From positions 1 to 38,326 of the forward strand of contig JAHJCH010000114.1 in assembly GCA_018813065.1 (NCBI GenBank): 38,326 bases of DNA, given 5' to 3'. This DNA comes from Myxococcota bacterium. Lineage in GTDB: Bacteria; Myxococcota_A; Bradymonadia; UBA7976; UBA1532. Each line of letters starts with the position of its first letter. The first letter of the stretch is position 1. The notes beneath the pieces were generated by a model, which saw only the letters and a list, made by a program, of their open reading frames with translations, had not been told where the DNA came from and did not search any database. The position numbers and the translations under genes are program-made. Positions 1 to 9,145 of the stretch are shown piece after piece.

Positions 1-174
1 CACACCTCCAGCCCCGATCTTCGCAAGGCTTGGCTCGTCGCCTACCGCCTCTTCTGTGAGATGTGGCGCGCCGCTCTTGAGAAGTTCACCCTTGGAGTCG
101 CGACGTCGTTGCCCGAGGAGGGGTGTAGGCCACCATGGTTGCCCTACACCAGGCCGGTGTCCACTCAAGCGTAG
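1..174 (+). CDS. 3' end of an upstream gene, partial. Frame 1 reads ...DLRKAWLVAYRLFCEMWRAALEKFTLGVATSLPEEGCRPPWLPYTRPVSTQA*. Function unknown.
   Basis: Open frame from the window edge to TAG at 172-174. GC3-rich codons consistent with the host. No domain recognised. Confidence 0.25.
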   Translation, partial: HTSSPDLRKAWLVAYRLFCEMWRAALEKFTLGVATSLPEEGCRPPWLPYTRPVSTQA

Positions 175-262
175 CAAGTCCAGGCACGCAAGAAGGGGCT
201 TGAAGCGCATCGGAGATAGAGCGACCTTAGCGTGACAGTCACGAGGGGCCTGAGGTGCGGGT

Positions 263-619
263 ATGCGACGCTGGATGATGTTTCTCGCTTTGAGCTTTGT
301 GGTGGTGGCGGCGTGCGAGCGCGATGAAGGGGAGGAGGCCGAGGGCGCGGACGCGACCTCTCCAGAGTCAGTGACCTTCCCCTGCGGTCCTCACGCGTGC
401 GCGGCGGATCAGATCTGCGAGCGCGAGTATGGGGAGGGTGCCCACTCCATCGACTCCTCCGAAGGCAGCCCGGAGGATCACTTCGCGTGCGTGGCCGCGC
501 CCGAGTCGTGCGATGGGGTTCCCATCTGTGAATGCCTCAGCTGTGAATGCTCCACCTCCCCCGAGGGCTTCGTGACCTGCGCCTATGCGCGCCCCTCGGC
601 GCCTCCTCAGGGGGGGTGA
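263..619 (+). CDS. Cys-rich secreted lipoprotein (118 aa)
   Basis: ATG preceded by GAGGTG about 6 nt upstream. Hydrophobic N-terminal h-region ending in a lipobox-like VAAC. 12 Cys in the mature part. High GC3. Confidence 0.5.
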   Translation: MRRWMMFLALSFVVVAACERDEGEEAEGADATSPESVTFPCGPHACAADQICEREYGEGAHSIDSSEGSPEDHFACVAAPESCDGVPICECLSCECSTSPEGFVTCAYARPSAPPQGG

Positions 620-681
620 CGCTCGATCCGAGGTCGCGCTCCCGCTGCTCACCCTGGAGGTGTCACCACCCCCGGAGGTGC

Positions 682-918
682 GTGCTCATCAGCTTCAACT
701 CCATTCACCGGACCGATCCGGGCTGGTTTGGCCGCTATCTGCTCTGGGAGGGGATGCGCCAGAGCATCACGCTGGAGGTGCTGCGGGAGATGTTCGGGGG
801 GCATATTGAGCGCTATCAGGAGATCTATCGCGCCCAGAGATCGTCGCACGCCTCCCAAGGCCACCGCCGCACCCATCTCGATGGGGGTTTGCTGAACTCA
901 GAGCACGAATCCACCTGA
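682..918 (+). CDS. Possible small ORF in an alternative frame (GTG start uncertain), hypothetical. Peptide ...GWFGRYLLWEGMRQSITLEVLREMFGGHIERYQEIYRAQ...
   Basis: Non-low-complexity peptide with high GC3. Overlaps the tail of the 263..619 ORF in another frame. No credible RBS, so coding status is unresolved. Confidence 0.2.
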   Translation: MLISFNSIHRTDPGWFGRYLLWEGMRQSITLEVLREMFGGHIERYQEIYRAQRSSHASQGHRRTHLDGGLLNSEHEST

Positions 919-977
919 AATTTTGCTTGAGGCGGGGGGAAGTCGATCTTCGAGGGGTCGAGATCTGGATCAGATAT

Positions 978-1032
978 CAAGAGTGTCGCGATTACGCTTA
1001 CTTAAGGTGGGGTGCTTAAATCACCTGTCCCC
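978..1032. repeat. Left copy of a perfect 55-bp direct repeat (caagagtgtcgcgattacgcttacttaaggtggggtgcttaaatcacctgtcccc) bounding the AT-rich cassette
   Basis: Exact identity with 2692..2746, read directly from the sequence. Confidence 0.9.
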
Positions 1033-1431
1033 TTTGCATTTGATATAGATAACTCCACAAGTATCCAGAATGAGCCATCGACAATTAATACAACCACAAA
1101 CTCTGTCACTATACCAGGTAATACAGTAAGAGAAAGCTCTTCTGTGTTTAATAGATTTCATCAACCGACTATATTAGATATAGATTCATTTATTAATGAT
1201 GGAATTGACCAGTATTTGAGAGAATGGGATTTTGAGGATCAGGATCATATAAATAATAATGGTAATGTTCCATATTGGTATTCCAGAATATACATAGACC
1301 CCTCAAGCAATCTTACATTCCAAGAAGAAATATGTGAAAAATTAGAATTTGATTTCTATCATACTCCAGGCTATATGAATGAAATAAGAAGACAAGATTG
1401 GGCAAAATTCGGAAAAAACTGGAATAAATAA
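1012..1431 (+). CDS. Hypothetical protein (139 aa) encoded in AT-rich DNA. N/T/I-rich with no signal peptide. The only available start is a GTG lying inside the left direct repeat.
   Basis: A 139-codon open frame in roughly 30% GC DNA, where stops are frequent, is unlikely by chance. Composition (N, K, I, Y, T rich) is foreign to the host. No recognisable domain. Confidence 0.45.
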   Translation: MLKSPVPFAFDIDNSTSIQNEPSTINTTTNSVTIPGNTVRESSSVFNRFHQPTILDIDSFINDGIDQYLREWDFEDQDHINNNGNVPYWYSRIYIDPSSNLTFQEEICEKLEFDFYHTPGYMNEIRRQDWAKFGKNWNK

Positions 1432-1451
1432 GGAAAAAAGGGACAAAAAGA

Positions 1452-2450
1452 ATGAAAGAAACACTCTTGATGCTATGTTTAATCATGCTATTTGTATATG
1501 TCGAATCAGCCTGCGCAAATATTATTTTTCTTGAAGATCAAAAGTTGATTGACTATGTAGAATCGGCTAATCTTGATCTATTAAATCAAAAAGATTTAGA
1601 ATATATATCCCAAAGTAAATATTCCTCATATATTTATTTAGAGGAGGCGCTTTACCGAGCATTCTATTGCTTAGACAAGGATACGTGTAAGTATCAACTC
1701 CTAAATAGGCTTCCTAATAAAAATCATGTTTATTTAAACTATGCAATGAATCGAATTCTTGAAAAAATAAATAAAAAAGGAAATATTGAGGAAGAGGACT
1801 ACCGATTTTGTTCAGAATGGTTACTCTATGCTTATATGATCGGCAAAAGAAATGGGGATATCGTTGGTAAAAACAGACCAAATTTTTTTGGTCTATTGAA
1901 AAAATACGACCAAATTAAATTAGAAAATACAGCAAAGCGCTCTAAACTTGCCCAATATTATCGATATTTCGATCAAATCAGTTCTGATTCACCTAAAATT
2001 ATCGATATTTTGATGAGTTTAAATATAGATATGGAAGTTAAGAGATTGCTCTTATCAGAAACGATTAATTTTAATTTTGATTTAAAATCAGAGCGAATTT
2101 ATAATCTTAAAAAGATTAGTATGCATACTATTTTTAATCCCGAAATAAATATAGATCGAAATATTTTAATTGAACATATTAAAATGATGATAAAAATTGC
2201 GGTATCAATCGATGATAACAACTTTCTTAAAGAGATAAAAGATCGTTTAGATGATCTTGAGCTATTTAATTCAAGTAAAGAAATCAGAATTTGCAAACAT
2301 GTCAATGCAGATATAAATGAATTTAACAAATGTATTTATACATATATCGGCCTCAATAGCGAAATAAATCTCCTTAAATACTATCTGAAAAGAGCATACC
2401 TAATGCAGTCATGGTCTAATACATTTGCAAATATGGAAAGGTATCATTGA
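1452..2450 (+). CDS. Hypothetical secreted protein (332 aa), AT-rich, composition-atypical. Predicted signal peptide MKETLLMLCLIMLFVYVESACA.
   Basis: Long ORF in AT-rich DNA starting 21 nt after the previous ORF. N-terminal signal-peptide-like segment. K/N/I/Y-rich, probably helical. No family recognised. Confidence 0.55.
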   Translation: MKETLLMLCLIMLFVYVESACANIIFLEDQKLIDYVESANLDLLNQKDLEYISQSKYSSYIYLEEALYRAFYCLDKDTCKYQLLNRLPNKNHVYLNYAMNRILEKINKKGNIEEEDYRFCSEWLLYAYMIGKRNGDIVGKNRPNFFGLLKKYDQIKLENTAKRSKLAQYYRYFDQISSDSPKIIDILMSLNIDMEVKRLLLSETINFNFDLKSERIYNLKKISMHTIFNPEINIDRNILIEHIKMMIKIAVSIDDNNFLKEIKDRLDDLELFNSSKEIRICKHVNADINEFNKCIYTYIGLNSEINLLKYYLKRAYLMQSWSNTFANMERYH

Positions 2451-2460
2451 TAGAAATACT

Positions 2461-2637
2461 CCCGGCGGAGTAGGTGGCCGGAGTAGGTGGCACCCAGCCG
2501 GAGTAGGTGGCCAGCTGGCGGAGTAGGTGGCCAGCTGGCGGAGTAGGTGGCGGAGTAGGTGGCGGCAGTAGGTGGCTGCACTGGCGGCAGTAGGTGGCGC
2601 GGCAGTAGGTGGCACCCGCGGCAGTAGGTGGCACCCA
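2461..2637. repeat. Array of about 10 short direct repeats: GGAGTAGGTGGC (x6) then GGCAGTAGGTGGC (x4), separated by 0-9 nt spacers
   Basis: Counted directly in the sequence. The array lies between the AT-rich ORFs and the right 55-bp repeat, about 170-350 nt upstream of the NRPS start. Confidence 0.85.
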
Positions 2638-2691
2638 TGTGCTCTTTTGAGTCTTGATACTTATGTTGGCTTTGCTCCAAGCTTGCACGGC

Positions 2692-2746
2692 CAAGAGTGT
2701 CGCGATTACGCTTACTTAAGGTGGGGTGCTTAAATCACCTGTCCCC
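2692..2746. repeat. Right copy of the perfect 55-bp direct repeat
   Basis: Exact identity with 978..1032. Confidence 0.9.
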
Positions 2747-2808
2747 CGCTTGGTCCGCCTCTGCGGAATCTTGTAGGGTGTCGCACTTCACAGGCAACGA
2801 GGCTCCTC

Positions 2809-5800
2809 TTGAGCGAGACGCGCACGGCGCCAGAGCATGACGATCCACCCCTCCCTCTGCCCGCGCTGCGCATCCTCCTCGCCCACCATCGGCGGGCCGA
2901 GCGCGGGGCAGAGACAGACTACAACCTGCCCCAGCTCATCCGGCTCGACGGCCCCCTCGACGTGGCGCGCTTATCCGCGACCCTTGAGCAGCTCATCGCG
3001 CGCCACGACGCCCTCCACAGCCAGATCGTGGCGAAGGGCGGCGCGTGGCGCCTCCAAACGATCACGCCTCCCCCGCTCTCGCTGCGCGCCGAGCCCATCG
3101 CGCGGGGTGAGGCGCGGGCGCGCTTCCAGGCGTTCATCCAGCCCTTCGACTTGGCGACGGCTCCCCTCTCGCGGATCGGGCTGCTGCGCGAGACCCCCAC
3201 CCGCCACTGGCTGATGTGGGATTTTCATCACGCGCTCGTCGATGGGGTCTCGTTGGGTCAAATCTTCGGGGAGATCGGGGCGGGCTACGCGGGGCAGAGC
3301 ATCCCCGCTCCGCGCCTCACCTACGCCGATTTCTGCCGCGACGCCACACGCGAGATCGCCCCACCCCTCAGCCCGCCGCCCTCCCCCATTCCGTGGCTGA
3401 TCGCCCCCTCGCCCCGCGCAGGGATCTTCGTCGAGGCGCTCGATCTCGACGCGGCGCGGCTCGCCCACCTCAAGGCCTCTTCGGCGCGGCTCGGGGTGCG
3501 CTTCACCGCCGTGCTCCTCGAGGGCCTCGGCCGCCTGCTGCGTCGGCTGACGGGCGTCGAGGCGCCGACGATCGGGGTGGTGACCGCAGGGCGCGCGCGG
3601 GCGCGCTTCGAGGGAGTCGTCGGGTGCTTCATCGAGGTCATCCCCGCGCGGATCCCCACGTCGGTGGGCCGCGTCGAGGCCACCTTGGCCGCCGACGCCG
3701 CGCTGACAGAGGGCCTCAACCGCCCCGTCGGCGCAGGCCTCTATGATGTCGTGCTCATCAACCAGGGCTTCCTTGGTCGCGCGGGGCTGCGCCTCGACGG
3801 GCGCGCTCGTCGCGAGGGGCTCGCCCTCACCCCAACGATCATCCGCACGGGCTTGATGGGGGCGACGCTGGCCGTCGAGCTGCTGCCGACCGCCACAGGG
3901 GCGCGCCTGCGCGCGGAGCTGAGCGGGCGCCTCCCCCCCAGCCTGCGCGCCCGCCTCCTGCCCCTCCTCGTGGCGCTCTTGGAGGCCGAGGAGGACACGG
4001 CGCGTTGGCCCACCACCCTCCCTCGCGCCCTCACGGCGGCGCCCGCCCTCGACGGCGGCGATCTGATCGAGGCGCTGCGCGGCTCGGCCCGCCGCCACCC
4101 CGCGCGCGTGGCGCTCGTCACGGCGGCGGGCCGCCTCACCTACGCGGCGCTCTTCGAAGCGGCGGAGGAGATCGCCGAGGCCCTACGCGCCTTCGATCCC
4201 CCGAGCGTGATCCTCGAGGTAGAGGCGCCCGTGGATCGGGTGGCGTTGGCGCTCGGCGCGGCGCTGGCGCGCATCCCCTTTATGTTCATCGAGGATCACC
4301 TCCCCGAGGGCCGCAAGGCCCACCTCCGCGCCCTCCACCCCGGCGGCCTGCGCTTGGAGACCCGCGCTTCATCAAGCTGGAGCCGCCTGCCCGGCGAGGG
4401 TGTACGCCATCCAGGGATCTTGGCCCTCCTGTTCACCTCCGGCAGCACCGGCGCGCCCAAGGCGGTGCGGCTGCGCGCCGAGGCGGCCCTGCGCTACGCC
4501 CGCGCCTTCACCCAGCGCGTCGGCGTCACGCCCGATGATGCGCTCGCCACGCCCGCCTCGTTCATGGTCGATATCGCCCTTGAGGCCCTCCTCGGCGCGC
4601 TCCTCAACGGCGCGGCGCTCTACCCCATCCCCCGCGCGTTGGCCCTCGACGGACAAGCCACCGCCGCCGCGCTGCGACGCGAGGAGATCACCCTCCTCAC
4701 CGCGACCCCCTCTTGGCTGGAGGCGTGCGTGGCGGCGGGCGGCACATTGACGGGGTTGACGATCATCTCGGGGGGGGCGCCGCTGCAGCGCCGCCTCGCC
4801 GTAGAGGGCCTCGCCGGTTGTCGCGTCTTCAACACCTACGGCCCCACCGAGGCCACCATCGCCTGCCTCGCGCATGAGGTCTCCGAGGCTGATCCTGAGC
4901 GCCTCCCGTTGGGGCGGCCCTTGCCGGGGTATCAGATCGTCATCGCCGCGGAGGGGGAGGCGCAGCCTGTGGGGGTCGGCGGGGAGCTGCACATCGGGGG
5001 GCCGCAGTTGAGCGCGGGCTACACCACCCCCGAGGGGCTCGCGCCGCTCAATCTCGTCACGATCCGTGGGGTGGAGGGCGCCCTCTACCCCACCGGGGAT
5101 CTCGCGTGGATGGATCTCGACGGCGTGATCCACTTCGCGGGGCGGCGAGATCGACAGGTCAAGCGGGCGGGGTGGCGCGTGGAGCTGGCCGAGGTGGAGC
5201 GCGTCTTGGCGGCGCGCCCCGACGTCTTGGCGGCGCGCGTCGAGGTCGTCGAGGGCGCGCTCCACGCGTGGATCACCCCCAAGGGCGCCTTCGACCTTGA
5301 GGCGACCCGAGCGGCTCTGCGTCATCACCTCCCCCCCCAGATGCGCCCCTCGGCCCTCTTCGTCAACGGCGCGCGCGCCGCGGAGGGTGGCGCGTCGGCG
5401 ATCCCCGAGGCGCTGCGCCCCCGCCTAGAGGCCCTCTTGCCGCGCTTCGCCGAGGCGCTCGGCGCCGAGATTGGCCCGCACACCGACCTCTTCGAGGCGG
5501 GCGGTGACTCCCTCTCGGCGATGCAGCTCTATGCGGCCCTGAGCGCCGAGTGGGATCTGGAGATCAACGATCTCTTTGAGCACCCCACCCCGCTGGGGAT
5601 CGCCGCGCGGCTGCGCCCCAAGGCCACCGGCGCCGAGCTGGAGGCGCGCCTGCGCGCGATGCTCGAGGTGCCCACCCCGTCCTCACCGTCACACGCGCCG
5701 GTGAACTTCACCCCCTCCACGCCGCTCCAGCGTCGCGCGATCTTGCTCACCGGGGCCACAGGGGACGTGGGCATCCACCTCCTCCGCGCGCTCATCGAGG

Positions 5801-6771
5801 AGACGACGACGCGCGTGTACGTCGGCGTGCGTGGGGGCGTCGAGGCGGGCGGCGCGCGGCTGGCGGCGATCTTCGAGGCCCGCTTCGACGCGCCGCTCGA
5901 TATGGAGCGCGTCACGCTGCTCGACTATGACCTGACGGCGCCCCTCTTGGGGTTGGGCGAGGCGGGCTTCACGGCGTTGGCGCGCGCCTGCGACGGGATC
6001 CTCCACGCCGCCGCCTCCATCAAGCTCGTGGGGCCGCTCGACGCGGCGTTGGCGATCAACCACGCGGGCACCGAGGCCATCCTCGGCCTCCTGGCGCGCA
6101 ACCCCAAGGCCGATCTCTGTTACATCTCGACGACGGCGCTGGATCACCTCGACGGCGCGCCCCACAACCCCTATCTGATCTCCAAGGCGCGGGCCGAGGC
6201 GGCGGTGATGGCGGCCCGTCAGCAAGGCGCGTGGGCCTCGATCTACCGCGTGGGTAACGTGGCCTTCGACGCGGCGACCGGGCGGACACGTCACGACATC
6301 GAGGCGAGCGCCTTCTACCGCTTCCTGCGCGCCGCCCTCGCCACGGGCGCCCTCTTCGATGGACACCGCCCTCTCTTCAACTTCACCTACGCCGATCAGC
6401 TCGCGCGCGGCCTGCTGCGCCTCTGGCATCAACCCACGCTGCTGGGGCGCGACTTCACGTTGAGCAACCCCCATGATCTGAGCCCCCGCCAGCTCCGCGA
6501 GGGGCTGACCCGCGCGGGCTACTCACTGGAGGGGCTGACGCCCGCTGCCTTCGTCGAGGTGTGGGCGCGTCAGCCCGCCACGCGGCGCGGTGATCTCGCC
6601 CTCGCCGCCCACGCGCTGGCGTTGATGGTCGCCGTCTCCCAGCCCGCCTTCCCCAACGCGCGCTCCTGGCTCAAGGCGCTCGACGCCCCCTTCTCCCCCC
6701 CCACCGCGGCGCACCTCCGACGCATGGTCGATCACTGCGTCGCGCGTGGCTTCTTCGAGGCCCCCGCATGA
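2809..6771 (+). CDS. Single-module nonribosomal peptide synthetase (C-A-PCP-R) with a terminal thioester reductase domain. 1320 aa, TTG start assumed.
   Basis: C-domain HHxxxDG (MWDFHHALVDG, nt ~3226-3246). A-domain cores A3 LFTSGSTGAPKAV (nt ~4426-4464), A5 NTYGPTE, A7 YPTGDLA and A8 GRRDRQVKRAGWRVEL. PCP motif GGDSLSAMQL (nt ~5497-5517). C-terminal NAD(P)-binding TGATGDVG (nt ~5751-5775) plus YLISK (YxxxK), typical of R domains. Confidence 0.9.
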   Translation: MSETRTAPEHDDPPLPLPALRILLAHHRRAERGAETDYNLPQLIRLDGPLDVARLSATLEQLIARHDALHSQIVAKGGAWRLQTITPPPLSLRAEPIARGEARARFQAFIQPFDLATAPLSRIGLLRETPTRHWLMWDFHHALVDGVSLGQIFGEIGAGYAGQSIPAPRLTYADFCRDATREIAPPLSPPPSPIPWLIAPSPRAGIFVEALDLDAARLAHLKASSARLGVRFTAVLLEGLGRLLRRLTGVEAPTIGVVTAGRARARFEGVVGCFIEVIPARIPTSVGRVEATLAADAALTEGLNRPVGAGLYDVVLINQGFLGRAGLRLDGRARREGLALTPTIIRTGLMGATLAVELLPTATGARLRAELSGRLPPSLRARLLPLLVALLEAEEDTARWPTTLPRALTAAPALDGGDLIEALRGSARRHPARVALVTAAGRLTYAALFEAAEEIAEALRAFDPPSVILEVEAPVDRVALALGAALARIPFMFIEDHLPEGRKAHLRALHPGGLRLETRASSSWSRLPGEGVRHPGILALLFTSGSTGAPKAVRLRAEAALRYARAFTQRVGVTPDDALATPASFMVDIALEALLGALLNGAALYPIPRALALDGQATAAALRREEITLLTATPSWLEACVAAGGTLTGLTIISGGAPLQRRLAVEGLAGCRVFNTYGPTEATIACLAHEVSEADPERLPLGRPLPGYQIVIAAEGEAQPVGVGGELHIGGPQLSAGYTTPEGLAPLNLVTIRGVEGALYPTGDLAWMDLDGVIHFAGRRDRQVKRAGWRVELAEVERVLAARPDVLAARVEVVEGALHAWITPKGAFDLEATRAALRHHLPPQMRPSALFVNGARAAEGGASAIPEALRPRLEALLPRFAEALGAEIGPHTDLFEAGGDSLSAMQLYAALSAEWDLEINDLFEHPTPLGIAARLRPKATGAELEARLRAMLEVPTPSSPSHAPVNFTPSTPLQRRAILLTGATGDVGIHLLRALIEETTTRVYVGVRGGVEAGGARLAAIFEARFDAPLDMERVTLLDYDLTAPLLGLGEAGFTALARACDGILHAAASIKLVGPLDAALAINHAGTEAILGLLARNPKADLCYISTTALDHLDGAPHNPYLISKARAEAAVMAARQQGAWASIYRVGNVAFDAATGRTRHDIEASAFYRFLRAALATGALFDGHRPLFNFTYADQLARGLLRLWHQPTLLGRDFTLSNPHDLSPRQLREGLTRAGYSLEGLTPAAFVEVWARQPATRRGDLALAAHALALMVAVSQPAFPNARSWLKALDAPFSPPTAAHLRRMVDHCVARGFFEAPA

Positions 6772-9122
6772 GCACGCGCTTCTTCGAGTGGACCCTTCAG
6801 CGCCGCGCGTGGCTGCTCCTCGGCGCGGCGCTCCTCCTCATCCCCCTCCTCCTCGGGGCGCTGCGCGCGCGCCTCGACTTCGACGTAGAGCGCTACTTCC
6901 CCGACGGCGACGTGGAGATCGAGCGTCTCCACGCGCTCCAAGATCGCTTCGGCGCCAGCGGCCCCGCGATCCTCACTTGGCGCCAAGCCGGGGGGTTCTC
7001 TGACGCGGACCTGCCCGCCCTCGCCTCGGCGGCGCGGATCTTCGAGGCGGAGGGGCTTGAGGGGATCTCGTGGATCGGCTCGGTGATGCGGCGCTACGCG
7101 CTGGACTCCCTTGAGGATCTCTTCGAGGACGAGGGGGACAACCCGCTCTACGAGGGGCTCTTGTGGAGCGCGGATCGCGAGACGGTGGTCTTCACCGGGC
7201 GGCTCCCCGCCGCGCGGGATCATGACGATGGGCGGCGCGCGCTGAACACAACGCTGACGGCGGCGCTGGCGTCGCTGGAGATGGAGGGGCGGACGCTGAC
7301 GCTCAACGGCGAGCCCATCCTCCGCGCGCGCTACCTTGAGATGATGGCGGTGGATCAGGTCAACCTCATCGGCGGCGGGGTCCTGCTCACCTTCCTCATC
7401 ATGCTGCTCGTGACGCGCAGTGTCGCCCACTCGCTCTTGACCCTCGCGGCCGTGATCCCCGCCTATCTGCTCGTGCTGACGGTCCTGGCGCTGACAGGGC
7501 GCCCCGTGACAGCGGTGATGTCGATGCTGCCCATCATCCTGCTCGTGGTGGGCCTCTCGGACACGATCCACATCCTCACCCCGCTGAGGGCGCCGCGCGG
7601 AGAGGTTGGCTGGCGCGCGCACATCGCGCGGACCTTCGCGGAGATCGCCCGCCCCTGCCTCTTCACCAGCTCCGTGACGGCGTTGAGCTTCGCGACGCTG
7701 GTGACGGCGGGGGTGGGCATCATCGTGGACTTCGCGCTGGCGACGGCGCTGGGGATCTGGGCGACCTTCGCCTTCTCCATGCTCCTCTTCCCCCCGCTCC
7801 TCAGCCTCCAGCGCGAGAAGGCCGTGGTGGCGCGGCCGACGCCGCGCGCGGTGACGTGGCTGTTGGGGCTCGGCGCGCGGCGGCCCAAACAGGTCCTGGC
7901 CCTCTTCACCCTCAGCGCGGCGGCGGCTGCGGCCTTCGCGCCGCAGACCCAGATCGAGGGCCACATCCTCAACGATCTCCACGATGGGGCCCCGCTCAAG
8001 GAGGATCTGCGCCGCATCGAAAAGCAGGGCTTCGGCGTCTTTCGCGTCAACATCGTCCTCGACGGCGCGCGCGCCCCGCTCTCCCCCGAGCTGCTCGACT
8101 TCAACGATGAGATCGCCCGCTTCGCCCGCGCCTTCGGCGCCTCAGCGAACTCTTCGAGTTCACTTCGTCTCGGGCGCGCAGCGCCCGGCGAGGAGAAATC
8201 CAAAGGATTTATCCGAGGGGGCGAAGCCCCACGTTCTTGGCCTGCTTCGCGGTCCAATTCATCGCGTACCACGCCGCAGGTCATCAAGGCGTTGACCCTC
8301 AATGACTTCATCGGCGAGGCGCTCAACCTGCGCGGGATCCCCTTCACGGCCCAGACGCGCGCCCGCCTCGACTTCTCCGAGGTCGAGGCGGCGCTGCGCG
8401 AGGCAGGCCGCGACGGGGATGGGCCACGGCTCCTCTACGATCCCGAGACCGGCTCAAGCCAGATCCTCCTCTTCGTCGAGGACGTCGGCTCCGAGGTGAT
8501 GCGACCTCTCCTCGCCGAGCTGGACGCCCTGGCGCGCCGCGCGGGTGGATCGATGGCGCCGCACGTGACGGGGACAGTGTGGCTGACAGAGCGCACCTAT
8601 GCGGCGCTCGTTGGTGACTTCACGCGCTCCCTCGGCGTGGCGGTGGTGATGATCTTCGCGATGCTCTGGCTCGTCGGCCGCTCATTGCCCCTCGCGCTCC
8701 TCGGCCTCATCCCCAACTTCTACCCGCTCCTCGCGCTCCTGGGGGTGATCGGGGCCACCGGCTACACCCTCAGCCCTGTCTCGCTGCTCATCTTCACCGT
8801 CGCCTTCGGGCTCGTCGTCAATGACACCGTGCATATCCTCAGTCGGGTCGCGCTGGCGCGGCGCGCTGGGCGTGAAGGGGCCGCCCTCATCCATGAGGTC
8901 ATGGCGATCTTGGGCAAGGCGATCATGACGACCACGCTCGTCCTCGCCGTGGGCTTCGTCGTGATGACGCGCTCTGCGTTTCAGACGATCTTCGATATGG
9001 GCTTTTTGATCCCCACCGCGCTTGTCTTCGCCCTCCTCGCCGACGTGATCTTGCTGCCCGCGCTCTACATCACCGCCGGGCGTTGGGTGGCGCCTCCGGC
9101 GCCTCGGGCTCATGTTGCGTGA
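6768..9122 (+). CDS. MMPL/RND-superfamily membrane exporter (784 aa)
   Basis: The start overlaps the NRPS stop (ATGA). Two blocks of about 5-6 hydrophobic helices (aa ~190-340 and ~610-770), each preceded by a soluble domain. GLSDTIHIL-type motif. Architecture matches MmpL/HpnN-like lipid transporters. Confidence 0.65.
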   Translation: MSTRFFEWTLQRRAWLLLGAALLLIPLLLGALRARLDFDVERYFPDGDVEIERLHALQDRFGASGPAILTWRQAGGFSDADLPALASAARIFEAEGLEGISWIGSVMRRYALDSLEDLFEDEGDNPLYEGLLWSADRETVVFTGRLPAARDHDDGRRALNTTLTAALASLEMEGRTLTLNGEPILRARYLEMMAVDQVNLIGGGVLLTFLIMLLVTRSVAHSLLTLAAVIPAYLLVLTVLALTGRPVTAVMSMLPIILLVVGLSDTIHILTPLRAPRGEVGWRAHIARTFAEIARPCLFTSSVTALSFATLVTAGVGIIVDFALATALGIWATFAFSMLLFPPLLSLQREKAVVARPTPRAVTWLLGLGARRPKQVLALFTLSAAAAAAFAPQTQIEGHILNDLHDGAPLKEDLRRIEKQGFGVFRVNIVLDGARAPLSPELLDFNDEIARFARAFGASANSSSSLRLGRAAPGEEKSKGFIRGGEAPRSWPASRSNSSRTTPQVIKALTLNDFIGEALNLRGIPFTAQTRARLDFSEVEAALREAGRDGDGPRLLYDPETGSSQILLFVEDVGSEVMRPLLAELDALARRAGGSMAPHVTGTVWLTERTYAALVGDFTRSLGVAVVMIFAMLWLVGRSLPLALLGLIPNFYPLLALLGVIGATGYTLSPVSLLIFTVAFGLVVNDTVHILSRVALARRAGREGAALIHEVMAILGKAIMTTTLVLAVGFVVMTRSAFQTIFDMGFLIPTALVFALLADVILLPALYITAGRWVAPPAPRAHVA

Positions 9123-9145
9123 CCTCTCGACGCCCGAGGCCCATC

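Noticed and set aside
2461-2637. Possible CRISPR array
   Set aside because: The repeat unit is only 12-13 nt with 0-9 nt spacers and two unit variants. CRISPR repeats are about 24-48 nt with spacers of about 30 nt. No cas genes are nearby.
2629-2644. Sigma-54 -24/-12-like motif TGGCACccatgTGC at the end of the repeat array
   Set aside because: The GG-to-GC spacing is one nucleotide short of the canonical TGGCAC-N5-TTGC, and the -12 element lacks the TTGC T. The TGGCAC is simply part of the repeat unit (GGTGGCACC).
978-2746. Classical IS element or integrative element
   Set aside because: No transposase or integrase gene and no terminal inverted repeats inside the direct repeats. The 55-bp repeat does not resemble a tRNA 3' end.
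2971-4098. Long antisense ORF (375 aa) inside the NRPS gene
   Set aside because: The translation is low-complexity, R/G/A/E-rich, and lies entirely antisense to a gene with strong domain evidence. This is typical of GC-rich frame artefacts. The same applies to 4372..5328, 5689..6474, 6732..7982, 7463..8347 and 9110..9802.
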